Translations under genes and position numbers: made by a program
In this document: in pieces, positions 42,636 to 52,429 of the stretch
How the letters are laid out: every line of letters starts with the position of its first letter
Numbering within the stretch: the stretch's first letter is position 1
Notes under the pieces: generated by a model
Seen by the model: the letters and a program-made list of their open reading frames with translations, nothing else
Told to the model about the DNA's origin: nothing
Databases searched by the model: none
Origin: Elusimicrobiota bacterium
Lineage (GTDB): Bacteria; Elusimicrobiota; Elusimicrobia; Elusimicrobiales; UBA9959
Direction: 5' to 3'
Assembly (NCBI GenBank): GCA_016234365.1
Contig: JACRER010000018.1
Location: forward strand, 2,673 to 66,672
Length of the DNA stretch: 64,000 nt

Positions 42636-44389
42636 AGAGTGCCGGAACGCTGAAAGCGGCGGGCGATGTCCGCCGCGGAGAGGTGGAACAGGGTGGGGCG
42701 GCCGTGCGGACAGTGGTGGCCGTCCTTGGCTTTTTTCAGGTCTTCCATCAGCCGCGCCGCTTCCTGCGGCTTCACAAAATCATGCGCCTTAATGGACTTT
42801 TTGCAGGCCATGGTGGCTATGATGCTGCGCTTGATGTCCTCGGCCGCCGCCTGCGGCTCGCCGAGCACCTCGGAGAGATAACCTAAAAATCCGGCAAACG
42901 CCTCCGACGTGAAGTAGAACAGCGCCGGCGCCGCGCGCAGCAACGCCACGGCGGGCCCGCGCTGGTCTATCTCAAAGCCGGCCGTCTTCATCCAGTCGCG
43001 CCACTTCAGCACCGTCTCCATCTGCGAGCGGGACAGCTCCGCCTCCAGGGGCACCAAGAGCGGCTGCACCTTTATAGCGCCGCGAGAAAATTCTTCCAGG
43101 TACTTCTCGAACAGGATGCGCTCCTGCGCCGCGTGCTGGTCCACCACCAGGAGGCCGCTCTCGCATTCGAACAGCAGGTAGCTCTTGGCCAGCTGGCCTA
43201 TGTAGGCCAGGTCGCGTCCGCGCCAATCGGCCGGCACGGCCGCCGCCTGCGGCTGCCCGAGCGCCTCAAAAAGGCTGCCGGTCTCCGCGGCGGCCGGGGG
43301 GGGCGTTGCCGCCTCGCGGTAAGCCGGCACGTCGGGCACGGCGAACTTGTTGTCCCCGGCCGGGGCGGTGAACTGCACCGCCGCCGTCTGTTTGGCCAGC
43401 AGCTCCTCGTAAATGGTGTTGGACACCGTCTTGAAGATCTCGTTCTCGGAGGAAAATTTAACGTCGCGCTTCTGCGGGTGGATATTGGCGTCGAACGAGC
43501 CCGGGTCCAGCTCGATGAAAAGAGCGCAGGCCGGGTGTTTGCCCGAGAGCATATGCCCGTAGCCGCGGTAGAGCGCCTGGCGCAGCAGCGCCGATCCCAC
43601 CGGCCGGCGGTTCACGAAGAAATGCTGGTTGGCGCGCGTGGCGCCCAGCGCGTCGGGGCGGGAGACGAAACCATATACGGCCATGCCGGCCGTTTTGCCT
43701 TCCACGCGGGCCAGACCGGCGTAGACGCTTTTACCGAAGATCTCGGCCGCACGGAATTTAAGGTTCTCCCACATGCCGCCGGGCAGCGCCGGCAGGTTCA
43801 GGATCTCGGCGCCGTCTATGACCAACCGGAACGCCGCGCCCAGGTTGGCCAGCGCGGCCTCTTCCACGGTCTTTATCAGGTGCGCCCGCTCGGAGGCGTC
43901 GCTCTTCATGAACTTGGCGCGCGCCGGGGTGTTGAAGAACAGGTCGGCCGCCTCTATGGTGGTGCCCTTCACCGGCGGAGAAGGGACTTCGGCCGTTACA
44001 TGGCCGCCTTCGCCCTCTATGCCGTAGCCGGAATCGGCGCCGGCCCGGTGAGAGACCAGCTTGAGGCGGGAAACGGCGAAAATAGAATAAAGCGCCTCGC
44101 CGCGGAAACCGAATGTTGCGAGGGAATACAGGTCGTCGAAATTATTTAGCTTGCTGGTGGCGTGGCGGCCCAGCGCCAGGCGCAGGTCCTCGCGGTCCAT
44201 GCCGCGGCCGTCGTCGTGCACGCGGATAAGCCCGCGGCCCGCTTTTTTTATCTCTATCTCTATGCGGGAAGCGCCGGCGTCCAGGGAATTCTCCAGCAAT
44301 TCCTTGAGCACCGAAGCGGGGCGCTCTATAACCTCGCCGGCGGCGATCTTGGAAACTACGTCTTCTGGAAGGACCTTTATTTCCGGCAT
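42632..44389 (-). CDS. mutL: DNA mismatch repair protein MutL
   Basis: GHKL ATPase motifs (VSKIAAGEVIERPASVLKELLENSLDAGA, DDGRGM, FGFRGEAL) and the C-terminal dimerisation domain. Confidence 0.95.
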   Translation of the reverse strand: MPEIKVLPEDVVSKIAAGEVIERPASVLKELLENSLDAGASRIEIEIKKAGRGLIRVHDDGRGMDREDLRLALGRHATSKLNNFDDLYSLATFGFRGEALYSIFAVSRLKLVSHRAGADSGYGIEGEGGHVTAEVPSPPVKGTTIEAADLFFNTPARAKFMKSDASERAHLIKTVEEAALANLGAAFRLVIDGAEILNLPALPGGMWENLKFRAAEIFGKSVYAGLARVEGKTAGMAVYGFVSRPDALGATRANQHFFVNRRPVGSALLRQALYRGYGHMLSGKHPACALFIELDPGSFDANIHPQKRDVKFSSENEIFKTVSNTIYEELLAKQTAAVQFTAPAGDNKFAVPDVPAYREAATPPPAAAETGSLFEALGQPQAAAVPADWRGRDLAYIGQLAKSYLLFECESGLLVVDQHAAQERILFEKYLEEFSRGAIKVQPLLVPLEAELSRSQMETVLKWRDWMKTAGFEIDQRGPAVALLRAAPALFYFTSEAFAGFLGYLSEVLGEPQAAAEDIKRSIIATMACKKSIKAHDFVKPQEAARLMEDLKKAKDGHHCPHGRPTLFHLSAADIARRFQRSGTL

Positions 44390-44402
44390 ACTGGGAACCG
44401 CG

Positions 44403-45560
44403 TCAGCGCGGAGGCAGGTAGGGACCGGGCTGGCCGGCTTTGGCGATATAATCCAGCGCGTAAGTGTAGCTGCCGATAGAACCGCTCACGGCCCCTCCCA
44501 CCACGGCCATACCGGCGCCGTTGAATTCGGCTTTCTTCGCCTCCATCGCTTTCTTGGCTTCGGTATCGAAGGTGAAAGTCTCGGAAGCCTGGTACGTCTC
44601 TACGGCCACGGACGGGATGGTCCCTCCCTGCTGGTAGATGTTGCCCACAAGATAATCCACGCTGTAGGAATAATCGTTGCCTTCTTTGCGGGACACCGCG
44701 CTGACCGGCGGCACGCCGGCGGCGTTAAAGGCGGCCAGGCCGGACTTGGAGGCCGCCAGGGCGTTCTGCTCGAAGGGAAAAACGTCGCGGGAATCGTAGC
44801 GGGCCACGGCGAACTGGGGGCGCGGGCCGAAGCTGTTGGTCTTCACCACGTATTCCACCTGCACGGCGTAATCGCCGTCCTCGCGGGGCACGGCTTTGCC
44901 GCGTATGGCCGGCACGCCGGCCTGTTTGAAGGTGTTGAGGTAGGCGGGCACGTTCTTCTGCGCTTCGCTCTCGAAGGTGAACTTGCCGCCGGTGTAATAC
45001 TGGAACTTCACGGCGTACTCCTGCGTGGGCCGCAGCAGGTTTTTCTGCAGGTAATCCACGGCAAAGAAGTTGTCCGTCCCTTCGGAGTAGCCGTAGGCGC
45101 CCAGCACGGCCACTTTGGCGTTGCGGAAATTGGCGGAGCAGGCCTTCATGGCCGCGTCGGCGTCCTGTGTGCGCCAGTAGGCGGCGCCGTTCTTATAGGT
45201 GTCCACTATAACCGCGGGCGGCAGCACGGCGCCGTTCTTCACGGAGGGGACGTAGTCTATCACAAAACTGTAATCGTTGCCGGCCGGCACCACGCGGCCG
45301 CCCAGCGTAGTAAGCCCGGCGGCTTTCAGCGCGGCTATGCGCGCGTCCATGGCCGGCTTGGCCTGGCTCTCGAAAGAGAATGTCTCGTCGGTGGTGTAAT
45401 TGGCTATGGTCACGCCGGGGGGCGTTACCGGCCCCGGCGGCTTGGGCACCTGGAACTGCGGGATATCCCCGGCGGCGGCGCTATCAAGGTCGAACGGCGC
45501 GGCAAAAACCGGCGCGCAGAAAATAAAAAGCGATAATACAGCGGCGTAACTTTTACGCAT
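44403..45560 (-). CDS. secreted protein composed of five tandem ~60-aa repeats (hypothetical)
   Basis: Signal peptide MRKSYAAVLSLFIFCAPVFA. Five units share the pattern V-x-x-Y ... F-x-F-E/D ... A-x(6)-F-x-x-AG ... G-x-Y-x-(Y/F)-x-(V/L)-(D/E)-Y-(V/L/I). Confidence 0.65.
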   Translation of the reverse strand: MRKSYAAVLSLFIFCAPVFAAPFDLDSAAAGDIPQFQVPKPPGPVTPPGVTIANYTTDETFSFESQAKPAMDARIAALKAAGLTTLGGRVVPAGNDYSFVIDYVPSVKNGAVLPPAVIVDTYKNGAAYWRTQDADAAMKACSANFRNAKVAVLGAYGYSEGTDNFFAVDYLQKNLLRPTQEYAVKFQYYTGGKFTFESEAQKNVPAYLNTFKQAGVPAIRGKAVPREDGDYAVQVEYVVKTNSFGPRPQFAVARYDSRDVFPFEQNALAASKSGLAAFNAAGVPPVSAVSRKEGNDYSYSVDYLVGNIYQQGGTIPSVAVETYQASETFTFDTEAKKAMEAKKAEFNGAGMAVVGGAVSGSIGSYTYALDYIAKAGQPGPYLPPR

Positions 45561-45586
45561 AAGCCTCCCTCAACCCTCTGCTGGTC

Positions 45587-48169
45587 TCAGTCCTTAACGC
45601 GGCGCTTCCACTCCGAGACGGCCTGCAGGGCCGCCAGCGGCGTCATGTTATCGGTGTCGCACATCTTTATCTCGTCCAAAATGGGGTGCGTGGAGAAGAT
45701 GGGCAGCAGCGGCGTCTGGTTCTCGTCCTGCGAGTCCACCTTGATGTTGCCCTTGGTCTCCAGGGTGTGCAGGATCTCCCGCGCGCGCTGGATGGCGGCG
45801 TCGGGCAGGCCGGCCAGCTGCGCCACGTGGATGCCGTAGGATTTGTCGGCCGGGCCGGAGTTGATCTTGTGCAGGAACACTACCTCGGTCTTACCCAGCG
45901 CGTTGGTCCATTCCTTGACGGAAATATTGCAGTTGCGGATACCGGCGAACTTTTCCGCCAGCTCGGTCAGCTCGAAATAATGCGTGGCGAACAGCACCTT
46001 GGGCCCGCCCTCGGGCTTGTAGAGGTGTTCCACCACGGCCCAGGCTATGGAGATACCGTCGAAGGTGGACGTGCCGCGGCCCACCTCGTCGAGGAGGATG
46101 AGGCTCTTGGGCGTGGCCAGCCGCAGGATGGCGGAGGTCTCGCGCATCTCCACCATGAAGGTGGATTCGCCGCGGGCCATGCGGTCCTGCGCGCCGATGC
46201 GCGTCATGATACGGTCCGTTATGGGGACCTCGGCGGCGCGGGCCGGCACAAAAGAGCCGATCTGCGCCATGATGGTGAGCACGGCGGCCTGGCGCAGGTA
46301 CACGCTCTTGCCGCTCATGTTGGGCCCGGTCAGGATTATGATCCTGGCGTCGGGGCCGCCTATCTCGAGATCGTTGGGAACGAAGGTGCCGGCCGGCAGG
46401 AAACGCTCCACCGCGGGGTGGCGGCCTTCCTCTATCTTGAGCGTATCGCCGGAAGTGATGCGGGGCTTGGAGAACTCGAAGCGCACGGCGCTCTCGGCCA
46501 GAGCGTAAAAAACGTCCAGTTCCGCGGCGCCCGTGGCGAAGGCCTTCAGCTCGCCTATGGCGGCGCGCACCTTCTCGCGCAGCTCGCCGAACAGGTGCGC
46601 CTCCAGCTTGGACATCTTTTCCTCGGCGCCCAGGATCTTGTTCTCCAGGACCTTGAGCTCCTCGGTAATATAGCGCTCGGCGTTCACCAGCGTCTGCTTG
46701 CGCACGAAATAATGGGGCACTTTCTGCGTCTGGGCCTTGGAGACCTCTATAAAGTACCCGAACACGCTGTTATAACCCACCTTCAGCGTGGAGATCTGCG
46801 TCTTCTCTTTTTCGCGCAACTCTATATCGGCCAGCAGTTTCTGGCTGTCGCGGCGCACCGCGCGCAGTTCGTCCAGGGCGCCGTCGTAACCTTCGCAGAT
46901 CACGCCGCCGTCGGACAGACGGGCGGGAGGGGTTTCGGCCAGGGCCTTCTCCAATTCGCCGCGCAGGCCGTTGAGGGCGTGTGAAACGGCGTCCAGGCGG
47001 GAAGCTATCTCGGGCGCGCATTCAAAGAAACCGGCGGAACTCAAAAGCAGCTTCAGGCGCGGCAACTGGCCCAGGCCCTTGCGGACGGCGGCCAGGTCGC
47101 GCGGGGAGGCGCTTAAATTTATCACCCGGCCCAGCAGGCGCTCCACGTCGGGCACCTGGGACAGGATATCGCCAAGCTGCTCGCGGGAGTCGCGGTTCTC
47201 GGCGAGAAAGCCGGTAAAGGCCTGGCGGGAAAGTATCTCGCGGATATCGGAGAGCGGCTCCAGGATCCAGCGGCGCAGCATCCGCGACCCCATGGAGGTC
47301 CGCGTCTGGTCCAGCACGCCCCAGAGCGTCTTGGCGTCGTCGCCGTCGGGCGAGGTGACCAGCTCCAGCGTTTTTATGGCGGACTCGTCCAATTGCAGGC
47401 GGTTGCCCGGCTCGTGGTAGGAAGGGGAGAAAACTTCTTTCAGGCCGGGCTGCGTTTGCCGCACGTACGAGGCGGCTTTCAGCGCGGTCTTCATGGCAAG
47501 TTTATGGTTCTGCCAGACCGGGTTGGCGGCCCAGGCGGGAGCGGCGGAATCGGCGCGGGTGTGCTCCGTCATCACGGCCTGCCCGAAAGAAAGGCCGCGG
47601 CGGGCTATCTCCTTCATGGTTTTGGCGTCGGCTATAACCTCGGCCGGGCCGATGCGCGAAATAAGCGACATGAGCTGGTAGAGGTCGGGGTCATTGAGGT
47701 TCTGGGTGGAATGGAACTCGCCCGTGGAAGCGTCGAAAGAAGCCAGGCCCCAGCCTACGATGTCCAGGTGCAGGGCGACGAGGTAGTTGGAAGCGCGCGG
47801 GCGCAGCAGCTCGTCCTCCACCACCGTGCCGGGAGTTATCAGGCGCACCACTTCTCGTTTGAATAATTTGGTTTTTTTGCCGTCCCCGTCGGCGGGGCCT
47901 GTCTGCTCGCAGATGGCTACTTTGTGGCCGGCGGCGAGCAGCCGGGCGATGTAACCGGAAGAAGCGTGATGCGGCACGCCGCACATGGGCACGCCCTGGC
48001 GCGCCGTGAGCGTCAGGCCCAGCGCGGCGCTGGCGGCCTTGGCGTCGTCGAAGAAAAGTTCGTAAAAATCGCCCAGGCGGAAGAACAGCAGCGCGTGCGG
48101 GTGCGCGCTCTTGAGCGACTGGTACTGCTGCATCAGCGGCGTCTCGGGAGTTTCAACCTGTTGGGCCAT
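45587..48169 (-). CDS. mutS: DNA mismatch repair protein MutS
   Basis: TPLMQQY, GDFYELFFDDA mismatch-binding motif, Walker A GPNMSGKS, DEVGRGTSTFDG. I prefer the ATG at 48169 (AGGA Shine-Dalgarno) to the GTG at 48211. Confidence 0.95.
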   Translation of the reverse strand: MAQQVETPETPLMQQYQSLKSAHPHALLFFRLGDFYELFFDDAKAASAALGLTLTARQGVPMCGVPHHASSGYIARLLAAGHKVAICEQTGPADGDGKKTKLFKREVVRLITPGTVVEDELLRPRASNYLVALHLDIVGWGLASFDASTGEFHSTQNLNDPDLYQLMSLISRIGPAEVIADAKTMKEIARRGLSFGQAVMTEHTRADSAAPAWAANPVWQNHKLAMKTALKAASYVRQTQPGLKEVFSPSYHEPGNRLQLDESAIKTLELVTSPDGDDAKTLWGVLDQTRTSMGSRMLRRWILEPLSDIREILSRQAFTGFLAENRDSREQLGDILSQVPDVERLLGRVINLSASPRDLAAVRKGLGQLPRLKLLLSSAGFFECAPEIASRLDAVSHALNGLRGELEKALAETPPARLSDGGVICEGYDGALDELRAVRRDSQKLLADIELREKEKTQISTLKVGYNSVFGYFIEVSKAQTQKVPHYFVRKQTLVNAERYITEELKVLENKILGAEEKMSKLEAHLFGELREKVRAAIGELKAFATGAAELDVFYALAESAVRFEFSKPRITSGDTLKIEEGRHPAVERFLPAGTFVPNDLEIGGPDARIIILTGPNMSGKSVYLRQAAVLTIMAQIGSFVPARAAEVPITDRIMTRIGAQDRMARGESTFMVEMRETSAILRLATPKSLILLDEVGRGTSTFDGISIAWAVVEHLYKPEGGPKVLFATHYFELTELAEKFAGIRNCNISVKEWTNALGKTEVVFLHKINSGPADKSYGIHVAQLAGLPDAAIQRAREILHTLETKGNIKVDSQDENQTPLLPIFSTHPILDEIKMCDTDNMTPLAALQAVSEWKRRVKD

Positions 48170-48229
48170 AATGTGGTCCTGCGCTAAAACGGGATGCGGG
48201 GCTTTCTCCACGGCGGAGGGTGGCCCGGC

Positions 48230-49207
48230 TTACCTCGTATATTGTATCAAAAGCTCTCTGGCCTCTTTAAGGGTTTTCAGCTGCATGAAGGCGCCGCGGG
48301 CCGAGGAGGCGTTAGGCAGGCCCTTAAGCCAGTACCCCACCAGCTTGCGGGCGCGGGTCAGGCCGTGCTCCTCGCCGTAAATGCCGGCGCTGAGTTCCAA
48401 AAAGCGCAGGAAGAGCTTTATGCGGAAAGCCTGGGTGGCGGCTTCCACGCCTGCGCCGCTCAGGCCGGCGGCGATCTCGGCGAAAACCGCCGGGTTGAAG
48501 ACCGAGGCGCGCCCCACCCCCACGCCGGCGCAGCCGGTGGCCAGGATAGCGCGGGCCTGCTCCGCGTTCTCCACCCCGCCGTTGCCGAAGATCGGGATCT
48601 TTACGGCCGCCGCGGTGGCCGCCATGGCGTCCAGGTTCACGGGGCCGCAATGGTGCTGGCAGGCCGGACGGCCGTGCAGCGTTATGGCGGAAGCCCCCGC
48701 TTCCTCGCAAACGCGGGCGAGCAGCGGGCCCAGGTTCTCGCCCTGCTCTAGCCCGACCCTGAATTTTACGGTCACCGGCACCTTTACGGCCTTCACCATA
48801 CCGGAAACTATATCGGCCAGCACCTGCGGCGTCTTCATCAGCGCGGCGCCCGCCCCGGAGCGCAGGATCTTGCGCACGGGGCAGCCGGCGTTAATATCCA
48901 CTATGTCGGCTCCGGCCCGCTCGGCTTCTTTGGCCGCCAGGGCCATGCAGGCCGGGTCAGAACTGAAAAGCTGTATGGCCGCGGGATGCTCTCCCGGCAG
49001 CAGTTCCAGCATTTTAAACGAACGCTTGTTGCCGTATTTCAGGCTCTCGGCGGAAACCATCTCGGTCACCACCAGCCCGGCGCCGCCCTCGGCGCACAGC
49101 ACGCGGAAGGCCGCGTTGGTTATGCCGGCCATGGGGGCCAGCGCGAGGTTATTCTTAAGGGGTAGCCCGCCCACGCAAAGCGGGCGGAGCAGGTTCTTGT
49201 TGGTCAC
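48230..49207 (-). CDS. dus: tRNA-dihydrouridine synthase
   Basis: LAPMAGITNAAFR, DINAGCP and HGR motifs of the Dus family. Confidence 0.9.
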   Translation of the reverse strand: MTNKNLLRPLCVGGLPLKNNLALAPMAGITNAAFRVLCAEGGAGLVVTEMVSAESLKYGNKRSFKMLELLPGEHPAAIQLFSSDPACMALAAKEAERAGADIVDINAGCPVRKILRSGAGAALMKTPQVLADIVSGMVKAVKVPVTVKFRVGLEQGENLGPLLARVCEEAGASAITLHGRPACQHHCGPVNLDAMAATAAAVKIPIFGNGGVENAEQARAILATGCAGVGVGRASVFNPAVFAEIAAGLSGAGVEAATQAFRIKLFLRFLELSAGIYGEEHGLTRARKLVGYWLKGLPNASSARGAFMQLKTLKEARELLIQYTR

Positions 49208-49932
49208 GGGTTGAGCGAATAGCCGCCGTCATGCCCGGCGGTGAAATCTCGCGGCGCGCGCTTGAACACCGGGTCGGTCTCGGAGCGGGGCGCGCCTATT
49301 TTGCGCAGCACCTGCAGTTGAAAAGAGAATGCCTTATCCTCCGTCTCCAGCACGGAATCTATGCCCTTATAGTCGATGCGCAGCGGATTGGCCTCCGGCC
49401 TGCGGTCGTCGGACTCCCACGGCGGCGGCGGAGCTTTAGCGGCCTTCCTGCGCCGGCTCAGGTCGTAAGCCGCGTGCCAGGCCTGGTGCGCTATAACCCC
49501 GGCGCACCAGGTCAGCGAGCGGAAAGCGTGGTCGGAGGAGATAGCGGCCACGGTGCGCCCCTCCTCGCGGTAAAAACCGGTGAGGTTCTCGTTGCGGATC
49601 ACGGAAAGATTCTTCTTTATGAACAGGAAGGTTTCCCGGTCGGCCATCCAGATCAGCTTAAGGGCGTGCGTCACCTGGCTCTTGAATTCGTCCGGCCCCT
49701 GGATATCCAGCCCGGCCTGCGGATCATAGGTCTCCGGCAGCACGGTAGCCGGCGGCTTGCCGCCGGCGGGGGCCTGCACCGTCTCCTGCGGGACGGCGGG
49801 CGTCGTTTCCTTGCGCTCGGCCGAGACGCGGCCCTGGATGTAGTACCAGACGCCGGCGCCCATCAGCGCCAGCGGCAGGAAAGCCAGGACCTTGTGCGTC
49901 TTGAAGAAGCTCTTATGTTCGGTGTCGGCCAT
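49204..49932 (-). CDS. membrane-anchored hypothetical protein (242 aa)
   Basis: Single N-terminal TM helix (VLAFLPLALMGAGVWYYI), a Pro-rich linker, then a soluble domain containing AHQAWHAAYD. No family recognised. Confidence 0.5.
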   Translation of the reverse strand: MADTEHKSFFKTHKVLAFLPLALMGAGVWYYIQGRVSAERKETTPAVPQETVQAPAGGKPPATVLPETYDPQAGLDIQGPDEFKSQVTHALKLIWMADRETFLFIKKNLSVIRNENLTGFYREEGRTVAAISSDHAFRSLTWCAGVIAHQAWHAAYDLSRRRKAAKAPPPPWESDDRRPEANPLRIDYKGIDSVLETEDKAFSFQLQVLRKIGAPRSETDPVFKRAPRDFTAGHDGGYSLNP

Positions 49933-49957
49933 GTCCGTAACGCCCGACGTGAGCGGG

Positions 49958-50359
49958 TTATTTTCCGGCTTTCAGATAGGACTTGTAGAACGCCTGCAGT
50001 TCGCTGTCGGCGTCCTGGAATTCCAGCACGTGCTTTTTGCAGCCGCGGCGCGAACAGATCTGCACCTGGCCTCCGGCCTTCAGCTCGAAGGCTATCATCT
50101 GGGAGCCGCACGCGTCGCACTTGCGGGTGCTTTTGAGGTCGGCTTTGCACGCGGGGCAGCGGAAACCGGCCACTTTACCTACGGGCATGTTCAGTTCGGT
50201 CTCTACCTTGTAGCTGCCGTAGAGCGAGCTCAGGTAAAGGGGGGCGTGCTTGCCGGCATAGGTCAGGTTGACCTCTATGGCCTGGACGCCGTCCAGCTTA
50301 TGGCCGGGATTCATCATCGACTTGCCGCAATGCGGGCATTTAACCTGTACGCTTACCAT
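49958..50359 (-). CDS. double zinc-ribbon hypothetical protein (133 aa)
   Basis: CPHCGK...(60 aa)...CPACK...CDAC...CSRRGC, i.e. several CxxC pairs. GGAGG Shine-Dalgarno. Confidence 0.55.
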   Translation of the reverse strand: MVSVQVKCPHCGKSMMNPGHKLDGVQAIEVNLTYAGKHAPLYLSSLYGSYKVETELNMPVGKVAGFRCPACKADLKSTRKCDACGSQMIAFELKAGGQVQICSRRGCKKHVLEFQDADSELQAFYKSYLKAGK

Positions 50360-50445
50360 AGGTCGCCTCCGTAAAAACTAATTGGACCGGCGGCGCGGGG
50401 CCGACCGGTCCGGTTATAATACTAAATTATCCCTCGGGGCAAGCG

Positions 50446-52392
50446 CTATTCGTAGCGCAGCGCCTCTATAGGGGAGAGCAGCGAGGCTTTCCTGGCCGGC
50501 CAGAAGCCGAAAACTATGCCAACGCCGGCGGAGAAACCGAAAGCCAGGGCCACGGAGAAAGGGGAGATGTACACCGCCCAGCCAGACAGCTTGGACAGGA
50601 GCAGCGAGCTGCCGGCCCCGGCCAGGATGCCTATAAGGCCGCCCACCACCGAAACGATGACGGCCTCGATGAGGAACTGCAGCAGCACGGCGCGGCTGGT
50701 GGCGCCTATGGCCTTGCGCAGGCCTATCTCCTTGGTGCGCTCGCTGACGCTGACGAGCATGATGTTCATGATGCCTATGCCGCCCACTATGAGCGAGATG
50801 CCGGCTATCATGCCCAGCAGCGTGCTGAAGGTCTTTATAGTGCCGGTCAGCATGCTCTGCAGGTCGGCCATGTTCATGAGCATCACGTCGTCGTCCTTAT
50901 AGTCCGGAATGCCGTGGCGCTTGCGCATGAGTTTCTTTATCTTCTCCTGCACTTCGGGCATCAGCTTATAATCGGAGACCTCCACCCAGATGGAATCCAG
51001 GTATTCCTTGCCGAGCACCACTTTCATGGCGGTCTGCAGCGGCACTATCACCACGTCGTCCTGGTCGCGCGGGCCGGAGGCGCCTTTGAGCGGCAGCACG
51101 CCTATCACGGTAAAGTTCTTGCGATTGATCTTGATGGTACGGCCCACCGGGTTCTCGCCGCCGAAAAGTTCTTTCACCACGGTATTTCCCACCAGGGCCA
51201 CTTTAGCCAGGCGCGCGCCTTCGGCGTCGGAGAAGAAGCGCCCGTAGTACGGCTGGGAATTGTGCATGGCGGCGTAGCCCGCGCCCGCCCCGGTTATGGA
51301 GGTGCGCTGGTTCTTGGAACCGTAGACCACCTGCGCGTTGCCGCTGACGTTGCTGTCGGCCCGGCTGATATTGGGCAGGTCCGCTATGGCCCTGGCGTCC
51401 TCCAGGGTGAGGCGGCTCACGGCGCCGGCCCCCATGCCCATGCCGCCCTGCCGGAACATGCCCGGCATAACGGCCAGCAGATTGGTGCCCAGCGAAGACA
51501 TGGATTTCTGTATGGCGCGCTGCGCCCCTGTGCCCACGGCGAGCATGGCTATCAGGGCCCCCACGCCTATGATGATGCCCAGCATGGTCAGCAGGGAACG
51601 CGTCTTATTGCTGATGATGGAGGTCATGGAGGAAGCCAGGTTCTCGGCTACTTCGCGCCAGCTCAGGAAGGCCGGCTTGGGGATGCGCAGATGCCGCTCC
51701 TCTTTGGAGGCGGCGGGCGCTTTTTTCACCACGTCCTCGATTACAAGGCCGTCCTTGAGCTTTATCACGCGGTCGGCCCAGGCGGCGATGTCGGGCTCGT
51801 GGGTGACCATCACCACGGTGATGCCCTGCTCGTCGTTGAGCCGGCGGAAGATGCGCATGATCTCGGTGGACTGGTCGCTGGCGAGGTTGCCGGTGGGCTC
51901 GTCTGCGAAGATGATCTTGGGGTCGTTCACGAGCGAGCGGGCGATAGCCACGCGCTGCTGCTGGCCGCCGGAGATCTGGTTGGGCCTGTGCCCGGCGCGG
52001 TCGGCCAGGCCCACCTGCTCCAGATACTTTATGGCCTCGTGGGGACGGCTTTTTTCGCCCAGGTAGATCTGGGGCAGTGCCACGTTGGCCGCGGCCGTCA
52101 TGCGCGGAAGCAGGTTGAACTGCTGGAACACGAAACCGAGGATGCGGGCGCGCAGGTAGGAAAGCTCCACGTCGTCGAGTTCGGAGACCTCGCGGCCGAA
52201 GAGCCTGAAGGAGCCCGCGCTGGGCCTGTCGAGCAGGCCGAGAATGTGCATCAGGGTGGACTTGCCGGAACCGGACGGGCCCATGATGGCCACGAACTCG
52301 CCCTCTCTTATAGTAAGGTCCACGCCTTTGAGCACTTCCAATGGCTCGCCGCCCATCTCGTATATCTTTTTAATGCCTTTAAGTTCGATCAT
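50446..52392 (-). CDS. macB: MacB-type fused ABC transporter ATPase/permease
   Basis: Walker A GPSGSGKST, signature ISGGQQQRVAIARSL, and a C-terminal FtsX-like 4-TM permease with a large periplasmic loop. Confidence 0.9.
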   Translation of the reverse strand: MIELKGIKKIYEMGGEPLEVLKGVDLTIREGEFVAIMGPSGSGKSTLMHILGLLDRPSAGSFRLFGREVSELDDVELSYLRARILGFVFQQFNLLPRMTAAANVALPQIYLGEKSRPHEAIKYLEQVGLADRAGHRPNQISGGQQQRVAIARSLVNDPKIIFADEPTGNLASDQSTEIMRIFRRLNDEQGITVVMVTHEPDIAAWADRVIKLKDGLVIEDVVKKAPAASKEERHLRIPKPAFLSWREVAENLASSMTSIISNKTRSLLTMLGIIIGVGALIAMLAVGTGAQRAIQKSMSSLGTNLLAVMPGMFRQGGMGMGAGAVSRLTLEDARAIADLPNISRADSNVSGNAQVVYGSKNQRTSITGAGAGYAAMHNSQPYYGRFFSDAEGARLAKVALVGNTVVKELFGGENPVGRTIKINRKNFTVIGVLPLKGASGPRDQDDVVIVPLQTAMKVVLGKEYLDSIWVEVSDYKLMPEVQEKIKKLMRKRHGIPDYKDDDVMLMNMADLQSMLTGTIKTFSTLLGMIAGISLIVGGIGIMNIMLVSVSERTKEIGLRKAIGATSRAVLLQFLIEAVIVSVVGGLIGILAGAGSSLLLSKLSGWAVYISPFSVALAFGFSAGVGIVFGFWPARKASLLSPIEALRYE

Positions 52393-52429
52393 ATGCCGCT
52401 CCGGACCGCGCCCGCGTAAATACAGCGGC

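Noticed and set aside
44151-46984. Plus-strand ORFs 44151..45536 and 45686..46984
   Set aside because: They lie antisense to the five-repeat protein and to mutS. They are low-complexity Gly/Arg/His-rich translations.
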